NCBI GenBank assembly: GCA_033977065.1
Contig: JAXCHI010000002.1
Coordinates: 320,001 to 384,000, forward strand
DNA length: 64,000 nt
From: Candidatus Algichlamydia australiensis
GTDB lineage: Bacteria > Chlamydiota > Chlamydiia > Chlamydiales > JAJFMI01
Direction: 5' to 3'
Shown: one piece after another, positions 51,548 to 61,665 of the stretch
How the letters are laid out: each line of letters opens with the position of its first letter
How positions within the stretch are numbered: the stretch's first letter is position 1
Position numbers and translations under genes: made by a program
Notes under the pieces: model-generated
What the model saw: the letters and a program-made list of their open reading frames with translations, nothing else
Databases searched by the model: none
Told to the model about the DNA's origin: nothing

Positions 51548-54266
51548 CTATGCAAGATCTTTTTCAAATAAAAGGATTTTTTGTTCAGGATCAGCAAAGG
51601 TCGAGGTGAAGCCGCGCTTTTTGAGCATGGCAATTAGACCACTATTTTCATTGAGGACTTGCGCTTTGAGAACGTTTATTCCTTCGCGTTTTGCCATGTC
51701 GATTGTAAAGTCGAGAAGAAGGGTACCAAGGCCTTTTCCCTGGAAATCATCCGTGATGATGAGTTTGAAGAGAGCAGCGTCTGTGCCAGGCCAGCGGCTC
51801 AAGCGTGATACGGCTATGATGTTCTGATTATTCTCTGCAACAATTGCCATCTCTTGCTCGTAGTCAGCAGAGCAGATATGGATAAGGCGATTGTGTGCGG
51901 TGCGCTCTTCAAGCGAGATAAATTGGAAGTAGCGAGAGCGTACGGAGTCTTCGGAAAGTTTTCGATGAAACTCGCTCATGGCAGGCTCATCTTCCGGACG
52001 AACGGGGCGAAGTATCAGGGGTGTTTTGTCTTTGAGAGTAGCCTCTTGAATGTATTCCACAGGGTAGGGACGGATGGCAAGGTTGGAGAGTTTTTTTGAA
52101 CCGGGTGGGTGCAAAATGATGCGCGCATCTAAGGCAATAATTTCGTTTTCGTTTGCAAGAAGGGGATTGATATCACACTCTTTAATATGGGGCTGCTCAG
52201 CTATCATGCGCGAGAAGCTCACGAGAAGCGTTTCCAGATCGTTCATATTAACGCTGCCGCGCCCACGTACGCCTTGCAGTGCGGTATAAATTTTTGTCTC
52301 CTCCATCATACGGCGAGCGAGTGTAGCGTTGAGAGGAGGTAGAGCGAGTGTGGAGTCTTTAAAGACTTCAACGAGCTGGCCACCAGAACCAAAAAGGAGC
52401 ACGGGACCAAACTGTTCATCCATGGTGCTTCCTAAAATAATTTCATAGCCTTCCAGCTTTACCATGCGCTGGATAGTGACTCCTTGAAAGTGCTCGGCAC
52501 CTTTGAGTTTTGTAACGGAATTTTTGATCGAATTAAATCCGTCGATGACTTCTTGAGCATTTTTGAGATTGAGAAGTACGCCCCCAACATCTGTTTTGTG
52601 GGTAATCGTTTCAGAGTGGAGTTTGGCAACAACGGGGTAGGTAAGTTGTTCGGCTGCTTGTTTGGCTTCATCGGCAGTTTCGCAAATGATTGTTTCTACG
52701 ACAGGAATGCCGTACGCTTTTAAGAGATCTTTTGACTCCATTTCGGTCAGAAGATCGCGGCCCTCTTTGAGCGCTTGTGAAATGATTTTTTCAGGTAGCT
52801 CAGGTTTTTCTGTAATATTGTCGCGAATTGGAGGGGTTTCGTAGAGCGCTTTGAGCTCAAAAGAGTGTTTCCACATTTTTGCAAATGTTTTAGCTGCCTC
52901 ATCGGGATAGGGAAAGCAAGGGATTCCGCTCTCTTTTAGGATCTGCGCGCCTTTTTCTACGCTTTTTCCGCCCATCCAGCTGGCAAGCAGAGGCTTGCCA
53001 GGAATGTTCGCGTGAGGTTTAAGGAGTTCTGCTGTCTTCTCGGGCTCGGTCATATCTTGTGGTGAGAGCACGACGAGAAGGCCATCTGTATTGGGATCTT
53101 TTGCAACAATATTAACAGACTCGGTGTAGCGAGAAGCGTCAGCGTCGCCCAAAAGATCGACAGGGTTGCCGCGGCTCCAGGCTGCGGGCAGAAATTTATC
53201 TAGGCTGGCAAGTGTGTCTGGGTGGAGTTCGGTGAGTTCAGCACCGAACGTTGCAGCGCTATCAGTTGCGAGTACAGCGGGACCACCAGCATTTGTGAGA
53301 ATGGTCAGATTGGGACTCTTCGGCTCTGGTTGTTTCGGCCAGCACGAGTGCCATATTGAAGAGCTCTTCAATTGTATCGACGCGCATTACGCCGGCTCTT
53401 TTGAAGGCAGCATCAAGCACATCATCGCTTCCTGCCATCGAGCCTGTGTGGGAAGCCGCGGCTTGTGCAGCTACTTCTGTTCGGCCTGATTTAATCACGA
53501 CGATAGGCTTTGTAAGCGCAACGCGGCGCGCTGCTGCCAAAAAGGAGCGCGGATCACCGATCGATTCCATGTAGATTAAAATACTTTTTGTGTGGTGATC
53601 ATCTCCCAGGTAATTGATGAGGTCGCCCCACTGCACGTCTGCCATAGACCCGATCGAAACAAAGGAGCTAAAGCCAATTTTCTCCTTTAAGCTCCAATCT
53701 AAAACGGCTGTACACATGGCGCCAGACTGGCTGATGAAGGCGACATTACCGGGGTAGGCCATGTCAGCCGCAAAGGTGGCGTTGAGTCCCAAGATGGGAT
53801 TCATGACGCCAAGGCAGTTGGGGCCGATAATGCGCATGCCAGCTCTTCTTGCAATGGTGAGAACTTCTTGCTCCAGTTTTTCCCCGGGAGGGCCGAGTTC
53901 TTTGAATCCCGCAGAGATAATGATGGCTGCCGGTATTTTTTTGTCAGCGCACTCTTGCATAAGAGCTGGCACGGTTTTGGCAGGGGTGATGATGACAACT
54001 AAATCAATCTCCCCGTCCACGTTGCCAACGTTTTTATAGCATTTTATGCCTAAAACCTCTTCGCGTTTAGGGTTAATAGGCAGGATCTCTCCACCGAAGT
54101 CGGTGGTTTTTAGATTTTGCATAAGTGTACGACCTACGCTTCCTTGCTTTTCGGTCGCTCCGATAATGGCAACTCGTTTAGGGTGGAAAATTTTATCTAG
54201 GGGCTGAAGAGGCGCGCCAAGATAGTTTTGTGAAGGATCAGTATTTTTATCAATGGGGTCGTACAT
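51548..54266 (-). pseudogene. Bifunctional acyl-CoA ligase-like / GNAT acetyltransferase (Pat/YfiQ family), split by a frameshift
   Basis: N-half has GPNCLG, SQSG and HTGS; C-half has TNAGGP, NPVD, HKTDVGGV, DINPL and a GNAT FQGKGLG. One extra base near 53337-53340 separates the two frames. Confidence 0.85.
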
Positions 54267-54366
54267 ACTAATATTATTAGTATTTATTAATTAAAATATC
54301 AATTAGTTTTATCAAAAAAAATAATTACTAACCAAAATTTAAAACTTAAGTTTTAAAGTATTAGTT

Positions 54367-54460
54367 TCTTCCTCATCCATATTACTATGGGCTATGGACT
54401 CGTTGCTCGAAACACTGCTGCTTTGACTTTGGCTCGCTTTGTCCCCCTTAGCAAAATTTT
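54367..54460. repeat. Partial, diverged copy of the family 2 element
   Basis: actatgggctatggactcg..gctcgaaac.ctgctgctt..tttggctcgcttt..gcaaaatttt matches 17380-17465. Confidence 0.85.
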
Positions 54461-54567
54461 CTATTGCAAAACACTTGCTATATTCGATTGTAAATAGTTG
54501 GTCGATAGATGGTTGAAGTAAGAGGGTATCTACAAATGAACTTTCGTCGAATTTTTGGATTATTTTG

Positions 54568-54603
54568 GCCGATTTTTCGGTTGAAATGAACCAAAAAATC
54601 GGC
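54568..54603. terminator. Hairpin downstream of the esterase gene
   Basis: gccgatttttcggtt-gaaatg-aaccaaaaaatcggc. Confidence 0.5.
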
Positions 54604-54614
54604 TGAATTTTAAT

Positions 54615-55247
54615 TCAAAGACACTCTCTAAGCGAGAGAAGCTTCTCTAAAGGTTTTTCAGGAATAATATGACCTCCGTCATATTCTACCAAGGTTATAT
54701 TAGACGAAGGATTCTCTTGCATCTTTTTGTAGTAGTTTTTGGCTAGGTTATAGTGAGCTTTATCTTGTTTTCCGATTAAGAGAAAAATTGTATTTTTCTG
54801 ATTGGTCTTTTCTGGATAAATACCAGCTCCGATAACGATTAAGGGTACTTCTACTGATTTGATTTCAGCTAGCTTCAGAAGAAAAAAGCCTCCGTTTGAA
54901 AATCCGATATAACCAGAGACATTTACACCCGGAATCTGCTGCCTAATATTGGTATACGTTTCTAGTACTTCTTCCTTGGTATGATGAGGCCAACAAAGTT
55001 TGTTTTGGTACTCTGAACACCTTTTTTGAGGAGGAATAGCAATGATTCCAATGCCGAGATTTTTGCCAATTTCGTCCAAAATTTTTCGGTTACTTATTTC
55101 TGGAATTGAATTGAAACAGTCTGTTAGTCCACACAGATAAATCCAGTATTTTTTTGCATTTGGGCTCCCAAGTATAATTTCTTTATCACGTTTTTGACAG
55201 GAACAAAAACTACCGAATACAACTAAAATAATAAAAAAATGCCTCAT
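54615..55247 (-). CDS. Putative lipoprotein alpha/beta-hydrolase (esterase)
   Basis: Signal peptide with Cys; GFSNGG nucleophile elbow; IGKQD; GGH. Confidence 0.72.
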   Translation of the reverse strand: MRHFFIILVVFGSFCSCQKRDKEIILGSPNAKKYWIYLCGLTDCFNSIPEISNRKILDEIGKNLGIGIIAIPPQKRCSEYQNKLCWPHHTKEEVLETYTNIRQQIPGVNVSGYIGFSNGGFFLLKLAEIKSVEVPLIVIGAGIYPEKTNQKNTIFLLIGKQDKAHYNLAKNYYKKMQENPSSNITLVEYDGGHIIPEKPLEKLLSLRECL

Positions 55248-55333
55248 AGATATTCTTTAGGAAACGCTAGACAACTCCACCATACTCCAAACTCGTTAAG
55301 AATTCCAAAAATAGTACAACATAACGGAAATAA

Positions 55334-56470
55334 TTAAATATTAATTTTTCTGTTGCAGAGTACAAGTGTTTCGACATGAGACGTTTGAGGGAAGAGGTCG
55401 AAGGGTTGGACGGTGTTAACTGTAAAGATTTTGTTAAGTTGAGAGAGGTCCCGGGAGAGGGTAGCGGGATCACAGGAAATATAGAGAAGTTTTTTTGGCG
55501 GGTGAGTGAGGATCGTTTCAAGGACTTGTGGATGAAGACCTCCGCGTGGGGGATTAAGAAAAATTGTGTCAAAGGTTCCAAGTGTGGGAATTTTCTGTTC
55601 GAGAAGGTCACAGTGAAAGGTGACGTTTTTCATGTTATTGAGTTGAGCGTTTACGCGGGCATTTTGAATGGCTGTGCGGCCCGATTCTACGCCGATTACT
55701 TCCTGAGCGTGCTTAGCAGCAAGAAGAGTAAGGGTGCCGACACCGCAGTAGGCGTCAAGAACGCGAGAGGTAGGCGTCAAGGAAGCAAGTTTAAGAGTAT
55801 GGTTATAGAGTTGTAAGGCCTGTTTGGGATTGATTTGGAAAAAGTCTTTTGGACCGATGCGAAAGGTTAAATTATTGAGGGTTTCAGTGAGGAAAGGACG
55901 ATCGGGTTTGCCATTGCAGATGAGCATGGTTTCATCTGTTGTATGCGAGGTCCGGATGATGGCTTCACGGCAATTTTTGACTTGTGGAAGTTTTGCATCA
56001 CCGGTGGGATTGTGGATGTAGCATTTTGTAATGGGGACAGTTGTGTGAGAATGTTTTTTATGAAAACCACCCTTGTGCAGATGGATCTTATGACGGTAGT
56101 AGAGGGGATCGGGAGAAGCGATACAAGGTTCGACGGGATAGTTGATTTTTCCGATACGCGTAAGAGTCTCTTGAACGCGTTTGCTCTTCCATTTGAGTTG
56201 TTCGGGGTAAGTTAGATGCATGAGCTGGCAGCCTCCGCAGGTGCCAAATAGCGGACAGATAGGTTCTGTTCGGTGAGGAGAGGGGGTGAGAACTTTTTGA
56301 AGTTTTGCGCGAGCGAATTTTTTTTTGGATTGGATGATGGTGACTTCAACTGTTTCATCAGGAAGTGCACCATCAACAAAGACTGCTTTGCCATCAAGAA
56401 ATCCAACCCCCTCTCCTGATGAGGAGAGATCTTCTATTTTAAGAGGCGATTTCGACAAGTTTAATTTCAA
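55334..56470 (-). CDS. rlmD: 23S rRNA (uracil-5)-methyltransferase, RlmD/TrmA family
   Basis: TRAM domain, [35 protein letters not shown] and FPQTSHVE. Confidence 0.88.
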   Translation of the reverse strand: MKLNLSKSPLKIEDLSSSGEGVGFLDGKAVFVDGALPDETVEVTIIQSKKKFARAKLQKVLTPSPHRTEPICPLFGTCGGCQLMHLTYPEQLKWKSKRVQETLTRIGKINYPVEPCIASPDPLYYRHKIHLHKGGFHKKHSHTTVPITKCYIHNPTGDAKLPQVKNCREAIIRTSHTTDETMLICNGKPDRPFLTETLNNLTFRIGPKDFFQINPKQALQLYNHTLKLASLTPTSRVLDAYCGVGTLTLLAAKHAQEVIGVESGRTAIQNARVNAQLNNMKNVTFHCDLLEQKIPTLGTFDTIFLNPPRGGLHPQVLETILTHPPKKLLYISCDPATLSRDLSQLNKIFTVNTVQPFDLFPQTSHVETLVLCNRKINI

Positions 56471-56870
56471 AAGTCAGGTCACGTCCAGCTAAAGGATGGT
56501 TGGCATCAAGTGTCACTTTATCATCACCAACTTTCGTTACTGTTACAAGCGCTTGAAAACCTTCGTCTGATTTTACTTCAAGCTGCTGGCCAACTTCAGG
56601 CGCAATATGAGGAGGAAACTGGGAGCGCTCTACCTCAGTTACGAGCTCATCTTGACGCGGCCCGTACGCCTCTTTTGACTCAATTGTTACTTTTTTACTG
56701 TCGCCAACACTCATGCCCGTTACAGCGGTTTCAAAGCCTGGAATGACATCGCCACTGCCGAGAGTAAATTCTAGAGGATCGCGATCAGCTGAACTATCAA
56801 AAACCATCCCATCAGGAAGTGTGCCTGTGTAATGAACTTTTACTTTATCACCTTGTTTTGCTTCTGCCAT
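56439..56870 (-). CDS. FKBP-type peptidyl-prolyl isomerase (SlyD/SlpA-like)
   Basis: Motifs VKVHYTG..FDSS, VIPGFE, AYG and DANHPLAG. Confidence 0.93.
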   Translation of the reverse strand: MAEAKQGDKVKVHYTGTLPDGMVFDSSADRDPLEFTLGSGDVIPGFETAVTGMSVGDSKKVTIESKEAYGPRQDELVTEVERSQFPPHIAPEVGQQLEVKSDEGFQALVTVTKVGDDKVTLDANHPLAGRDLTFEIKLVEIAS

Positions 56871-56946
56871 TTCATTCTCCGGGTAAAGGATCATTCTGCC
56901 TGGGTAACAGTTGTAAAGCAAGAGAAAAGGAGATATTCTACAAGGA

Positions 56947-57894
56947 ATGGAAAAACTACGTGTAGCTATTCTCTACGGCGGAAAATCTGCTGAGCACGAT
57001 GTCTCAATTCTATCTGCCATGCAAATATTTGAGGCGATTGATCGGGAAAAATTTGATCCTATCCCCATTTTAATTGGAAGGGATGGAAAATTTGCTATTG
57101 AAAAGTTGCTTTCTGGGATCGATGTAGTCTTTCCCGTTTTGCATGGACCATTTGGAGAAGATGGGAGTATGCAGGGATTTTTAGAGATTTTGGGGTTGCC
57201 CTATGTTGGTTGTGGCGTAGCAAGTAGTGCGATTGCTATGGATAAGGAGCTAACAAAAAAAATACTATGTAGTGAAGATTTACCTACCGCGCGCTATCTT
57301 GCTGCTAAAAGTGCAAGTTGTTTTTCATTTGACCAGGTGAAAAGAGAGTTGGGGCTCCCTTTTTTTCTTAAACCTGTTCATTTAGGCTCCTCTGTTGGAA
57401 TAGAAAAAATAGAAGAGGAGGCGCAATTTTTGCCAGCATTGCAGGCTGCGCTTGCACATGATTGCCGTGTGATTTTTGAAGAGTTTATTGAGGGAAGAGA
57501 GGTTGAGTGCGCTATTTTAGGAAATAAGAGTCCTCGCGCTTCTTTGCCAGGTGAAATTGTGCTTCCTCAAGGTGCCTACTATGATTTTTCGTTAAAGACT
57601 TCACGATCAGGTGATGTCGGCTACTCTGTTCCCGCAGATTTACAAGCGTCGATCCAAGAAGAGGTTAAGAGCATGGCAATCCGCGCTTTTCAAGCAATTG
57701 GAGGAAGGGGAATGGCGCGGGTAGATTTCTTTTTACTCCCCGACGGAAGGCTCTATGTTAATGAGATCAACCCCATCCCCGGCTTTACCAAGACCAGCCT
57801 CTACCCCCAAATGTGGGAGGCAAGCGGTTATGAATTCAAAAAAATTATTTCTGAATTAATTTATCTTGCTAATAGTCAATTAGTTAAAAATTAA
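56947..57894 (+). CDS. ddl: D-alanine--D-alanine ligase
   Basis: Motifs [29 protein letters not shown] and NEINPIPG. Confidence 0.93.
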   Translation: MEKLRVAILYGGKSAEHDVSILSAMQIFEAIDREKFDPIPILIGRDGKFAIEKLLSGIDVVFPVLHGPFGEDGSMQGFLEILGLPYVGCGVASSAIAMDKELTKKILCSEDLPTARYLAAKSASCFSFDQVKRELGLPFFLKPVHLGSSVGIEKIEEEAQFLPALQAALAHDCRVIFEEFIEGREVECAILGNKSPRASLPGEIVLPQGAYYDFSLKTSRSGDVGYSVPADLQASIQEEVKSMAIRAFQAIGGRGMARVDFFLLPDGRLYVNEINPIPGFTKTSLYPQMWEASGYEFKKIISELIYLANSQLVKN

Positions 57895-57901
57895 TAAGAT
57901 T

Positions 57902-57930
57902 TTCACATTTTATTTATAAAATGCTATAAT
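57902..57930 (+). promoter_or_regulatory. Putative sigma70/66 promoter
   Basis: TTCACA-17 nt-TATAAT upstream of the ATG at 57954. Confidence 0.55.
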
Positions 57931-57953
57931 TATTTATATAATAACGGCATATT

Positions 57954-59408
57954 ATGAATAGAATACAAAGGGACGTATTACAGGCGTGCTTGGTCACTCT
58001 CTCTCCTCAAGGGGTAGATCGCATACGAAATAATCTCACTTTAAAAGAGCAGGAGCTGCTTCGAGGGGGGTATTTTTTTGATTTGCCTATGCGCGAAATT
58101 GATGCAGGGCGCTTTCACTCACTTCTTCTTCATTTGAGTGGGAAACCGCAAAGATTTTCTTTAATCGAGCGTATTAAGAGGATTTTTCACATAAATAATC
58201 CCGCAGCTATGAAACAATTTTATCACGATATAGAGAGCGGGAAGGTATTACCTATTGGTGAAATGACCAAATTTATGATGAGCCGGAATGGGGATCCTAA
58301 AGAGGCAAAAGTTGAGAAGGAACGTCTTATAGAGCTCTACAAAGAGATGAAGAACAATCCTGATGCTTCTGAAGAAGAAAAAAGTGCTGTTTTCCAAAAA
58401 ATTATTTTTTTCTCTCATCTAGAAGATTTTCCTCCAGCAAAAAACCTTATGGTTGAACTAAATTTTGACCTTGAGGATTCTATTGAAATTGAAGAAAACG
58501 AAGTAGAAAATTTCTTTGACGTTCGGGCGTATGAGCTAGAATTAAAAGACTTGAAAGAGAAAGAGTCGAGTGAAGATTTACAGAAGCAGTTACAAGACGC
58601 GATTAGCGAATTGAGAGGGTATAAGGACTCTTATGCCGAAAACGTTCGATCAAAGTACATAGAATTTCTACTTGAAATGCGTGCAAAGGATGCAATAGTC
58701 CCTGAACGGAGTTTGTTTTCTGAAAGAGTAAGCATGAGATCGGGCGAATGGGGAAGTTTTGTCAATCGAGTTTCTACGCGAGAAGAGAGTGTAGTCTATG
58801 CAGATGAACCTTTTGAAAGAGAAAGTAATGAAGAGGGTGAAATTGAAGGAGATCCCTTTGCAGACTTCTCTATGGATATGATTTCGGATGGAGAAGAGGA
58901 GAGATTAATTGACATCCCTCTACCTAAAAATCAAGGGCCACCTGATGAAGACCAATCTTCTATTCGCAATTCAGCGTTTGGTCTTAATCCAAATGAATTT
59001 GTAGAGTTGAATCTTGACGATCCGCCTCAAAGTCAATTTAATCACATTTTACAGTGTGTGAAAAGTGCTGTGATGAACTTTTTTGAGCGCTTCAAAAAGC
59101 GAGAAGTCTCTTTTGATCTGAGAAGACATGAAAGTCATCTTCTTGAAGAAGAGCTTGAGGCTGAAGTGAAGCAGCCAGAAAGAGCACTAACTGAATCTGA
59201 GCAAAAATGGTCTCCAATTGAAGAGACAAAAAAGCTCTTTAAAAACACGATGGATCTTGTTGGAGTATCTTTTGCTAAAAAAGAAGAGCTCGTTGTTGAT
59301 CAGAAAGAGAAGACAAAATCTCGTACCGAAACTGAGCGGCAGAGATCTTACTTAGCGAGCATAAAAGGTCTCTTTCAATCTACCTTAGCCTCTGTAGGTG
59401 GAGGGTAG
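57954..59408 (+). CDS. Acidic hypothetical protein
   Basis: 484 codons, Glu/Asp-rich, with its own promoter; no family recognised. Confidence 0.7.
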   Translation: MNRIQRDVLQACLVTLSPQGVDRIRNNLTLKEQELLRGGYFFDLPMREIDAGRFHSLLLHLSGKPQRFSLIERIKRIFHINNPAAMKQFYHDIESGKVLPIGEMTKFMMSRNGDPKEAKVEKERLIELYKEMKNNPDASEEEKSAVFQKIIFFSHLEDFPPAKNLMVELNFDLEDSIEIEENEVENFFDVRAYELELKDLKEKESSEDLQKQLQDAISELRGYKDSYAENVRSKYIEFLLEMRAKDAIVPERSLFSERVSMRSGEWGSFVNRVSTREESVVYADEPFERESNEEGEIEGDPFADFSMDMISDGEEERLIDIPLPKNQGPPDEDQSSIRNSAFGLNPNEFVELNLDDPPQSQFNHILQCVKSAVMNFFERFKKREVSFDLRRHESHLLEEELEAEVKQPERALTESEQKWSPIEETKKLFKNTMDLVGVSFAKKEELVVDQKEKTKSRTETERQRSYLASIKGLFQSTLASVGGG

Positions 59409-60597
59409 CAAATAACCCGGCAAGCGCTGCACATCCTGCTCCTACCATTAGTGGCAATCCCAATAAAAGTCCTGCAAGTTGGCCTCCAATAATTGCTGTG
59501 AAAGCCTCAGAAAAGACCATAGCAGATTGATTGAGCCCCAGCGCTTCGCCTTGTATCTCTTTTGGCGCGTTCTCAGATACACGCAGAGCTCCATAAGTGA
59601 TTCCCCATGCAATTCCAAAACTGGGAGGAATAAGCGTGACTAGAAGAGCGTAGGGCGATGCGGGAATAATTACAATAATGAGACCGATAGCAACTAAAAA
59701 AGAGGTGACAATAAAAACTCGCGAGGCAGTTAAATTTTTAAATAATCTAGCTTGGAAAAGAGGAGCTAGAGCAATCGGGATCGAGTTATAGGACATAATT
59801 TCAGCAAGCGATGAGGCGGAGTAATCGTACTTTTGAACAAGAAAGACGGGTAAGAAGCTGAAAAAGAAAAAAATCGCCATAAAGAGAAGGGTGTTGACGC
59901 CAAGAATGGGACGGAGTTGGCGGTTGCGTAGCCCTCGAAATAAAGTAGTAAAGACTTGAAAGAGTTTCAGCTCTCCTTCTCTGTTGCTGCTCGCCTTTCT
60001 TGGAAAACTTTTTAAAATATAAAAAAATGTAAAAAAGCTTACGACCGCTGCTACCCAAAAAGGAGTCGCATAAGTAAAGGAGCTGACAAGGTTGGGGTCG
60101 GACAGTTTTCCTCCCATGAAAGGGCCAATTACCCATGCGAGTGAAGAGAGGGACATAGTCCAGCTAAAGCATTTGCGCTTCTCCGCTTCAGAAGTGGCAA
60201 TGTCTGCTAAAGTTGCTTGTGCAATAACAATATTTCCTTCTACGAGTCCACTTAAAAATCGAGAGAGAAAGAGTAGAAAAGGGAGAGAGTGGGTAACGGA
60301 GATAGCAGAGCCGACATAGGCTGGAATGATAGCAGCAAGCGAGTAGAGCAGTACTCGTTTACGCCCAAAATAATCGGAGAGTTTCCCGATAAGAGGACAA
60401 CCTATCAGTTGCCCTATGGGATACATACTAAGCAGAAGACCCAAATAAATATTTCGAATTTCAGGGGATAAAGAGCCGACAAAAAAAATTGAATCCTCTT
60501 CTAAAAAAAGGGGAGGAAAAATGGGAAAGGTAATAGAGAAGCCGAGATAGCCTAGAAAGACTACTGTTGATATAGGGAGGATTTCCTTGAATTTCAT
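59380..60597 (-). CDS. MFS transporter (TetA/DHA1-like)
   Basis: MFS motif A GKLSDYFGRKRVL; about 12 TM segments. Confidence 0.92.
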   Translation of the reverse strand: MKFKEILPISTVVFLGYLGFSITFPIFPPLFLEEDSIFFVGSLSPEIRNIYLGLLLSMYPIGQLIGCPLIGKLSDYFGRKRVLLYSLAAIIPAYVGSAISVTHSLPFLLFLSRFLSGLVEGNIVIAQATLADIATSEAEKRKCFSWTMSLSSLAWVIGPFMGGKLSDPNLVSSFTYATPFWVAAVVSFFTFFYILKSFPRKASSNREGELKLFQVFTTLFRGLRNRQLRPILGVNTLLFMAIFFFFSFLPVFLVQKYDYSASSLAEIMSYNSIPIALAPLFQARLFKNLTASRVFIVTSFLVAIGLIIVIIPASPYALLVTLIPPSFGIAWGITYGALRVSENAPKEIQGEALGLNQSAMVFSEAFTAIIGGQLAGLLLGLPLMVGAGCAALAGLFATLHLQRLR

Positions 60598-60644
60598 ACG
60601 GCCTACCATTATACTAAAGATGAAGAATTTTTGCTGGATCTCTT

Positions 60645-61085
60645 ATGACAACATCTACAACAATTGACAATCTGCCCAAAACCGAGCATCTGCGATATGC
60701 AGAAGAGCAGATTGAATTTGATCCTAAGTTTATTCAAGAAGCTTTTATTGGAGGCTTAGCAGCCGCTCCTGAGATTACCAATGGGTATAAACCTCTTTTG
60801 GATCTGTTGCTTGGATTTCATAAGACAAATGCTCCTTTTGCACACTTTGCCGAGCCGCCCGTTTTACGTAAGCGGAAAAAACACAGGCGTAAACTCTTTT
60901 CTCGTAGAGGAATTTTAGCTGATATCGATAGTGAGGATCTCCCTGAAGATATGGAGGGGTTTGAGCTCTCTGATGGTTCAACCCGAGATAGGGAGCTTTT
61001 GGAGGCTTTTTTAAAAGATTTGCGGTACATAGATGCGCTGGTATTGGAGGCCTATGGTAAGATAGACCGCCTCCAAATGGGGTGA
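60645..61085 (+). CDS. Hypothetical protein, possibly DUF5399/CT273-like
   Basis: TIDNL..RYA, FAHFAEPP and a C-terminal helix ending QMG recall a chlamydia-specific family. This is from memory and unverified. Confidence 0.5.
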   Translation: MTTSTTIDNLPKTEHLRYAEEQIEFDPKFIQEAFIGGLAAAPEITNGYKPLLDLLLGFHKTNAPFAHFAEPPVLRKRKKHRRKLFSRRGILADIDSEDLPEDMEGFELSDGSTRDRELLEAFLKDLRYIDALVLEAYGKIDRLQMG

Positions 61086-61113
61086 GGTGCAAATTTCCAG
61101 GGCTAAAGTTTTT

Positions 61114-61268
61114 CGGCTCCATCTCGCTGCGCCAAATCGCAATTCAGCCGCCAAGCCGTGTTAGTTCACACTTTCATGGCGGCTGAATTGCGATTTTGCT
61201 TTGCGAGATAAAGCCGCTAGGCCGCTTCGCGCATCATTAGATTTTTTATGAAAAAACCGTGAACTAAC
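61114..61268. ncRNA. Candidate structured RNA/DNA element with pseudoknot potential
   Basis: Perfect 20-bp stem 61134-61153/61177-61196. Its loop GTTAGTTCAC is complementary to GTGAACTAAC at 61259-61268. Confidence 0.45.
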
Positions 61269-61283
61269 TTTGACGCATAAGGA

Positions 61284-61433
61284 GTCGCTGAACAGCTGCT
61301 CTTTTCGATAAAATATCAAAAATTGAGAAAAAATTTTTTTTGGAGAACGGAGCTAGCTTAGCAAAAGCTAGCGAGTTCGAAAAAGAAATTTGAGCCAATT
61401 TTTGGTGTTTTAGTGGAAAGTCTGATCAGTGAC
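61284..61433. mobile_element. Palindromic RPE/MITE-like element (family 1, copy B)
   Basis: Shares six conserved motifs with 38533-38692 and has covarying stems. Confidence 0.7.
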
Positions 61434-61665
61434 GCATCAGGTCACGGTGCATCTCTTTCATCTTTCTGAGATGCTTGTCCATCATTCGACGCATGTCCGA
61501 TGCAATGGCGCGAAGAATTTGCTTGCAAATTCTTTTGTTAATTTCGCCCTCTTCAAGCTCTTCGCAGCCTTTCAAAAAGTTTTCTCTACCGTGGTCAGAG
61601 AAGATGCTCATCTTCTCCTTGACCTCATTAGGAAGTGGAGGCTGTGACAGCGGGGTAGTCGTCAT
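61426..61665 (-). CDS. Small helical hypothetical protein
   Basis: GGAG RBS; overlaps the end of the secretin gene; Met/Lys-rich amphipathic C-terminus. Confidence 0.6.
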   Translation of the reverse strand: MTTTPLSQPPLPNEVKEKMSIFSDHGRENFLKGCEELEEGEINKRICKQILRAIASDMRRMMDKHLRKMKEMHRDLMRH

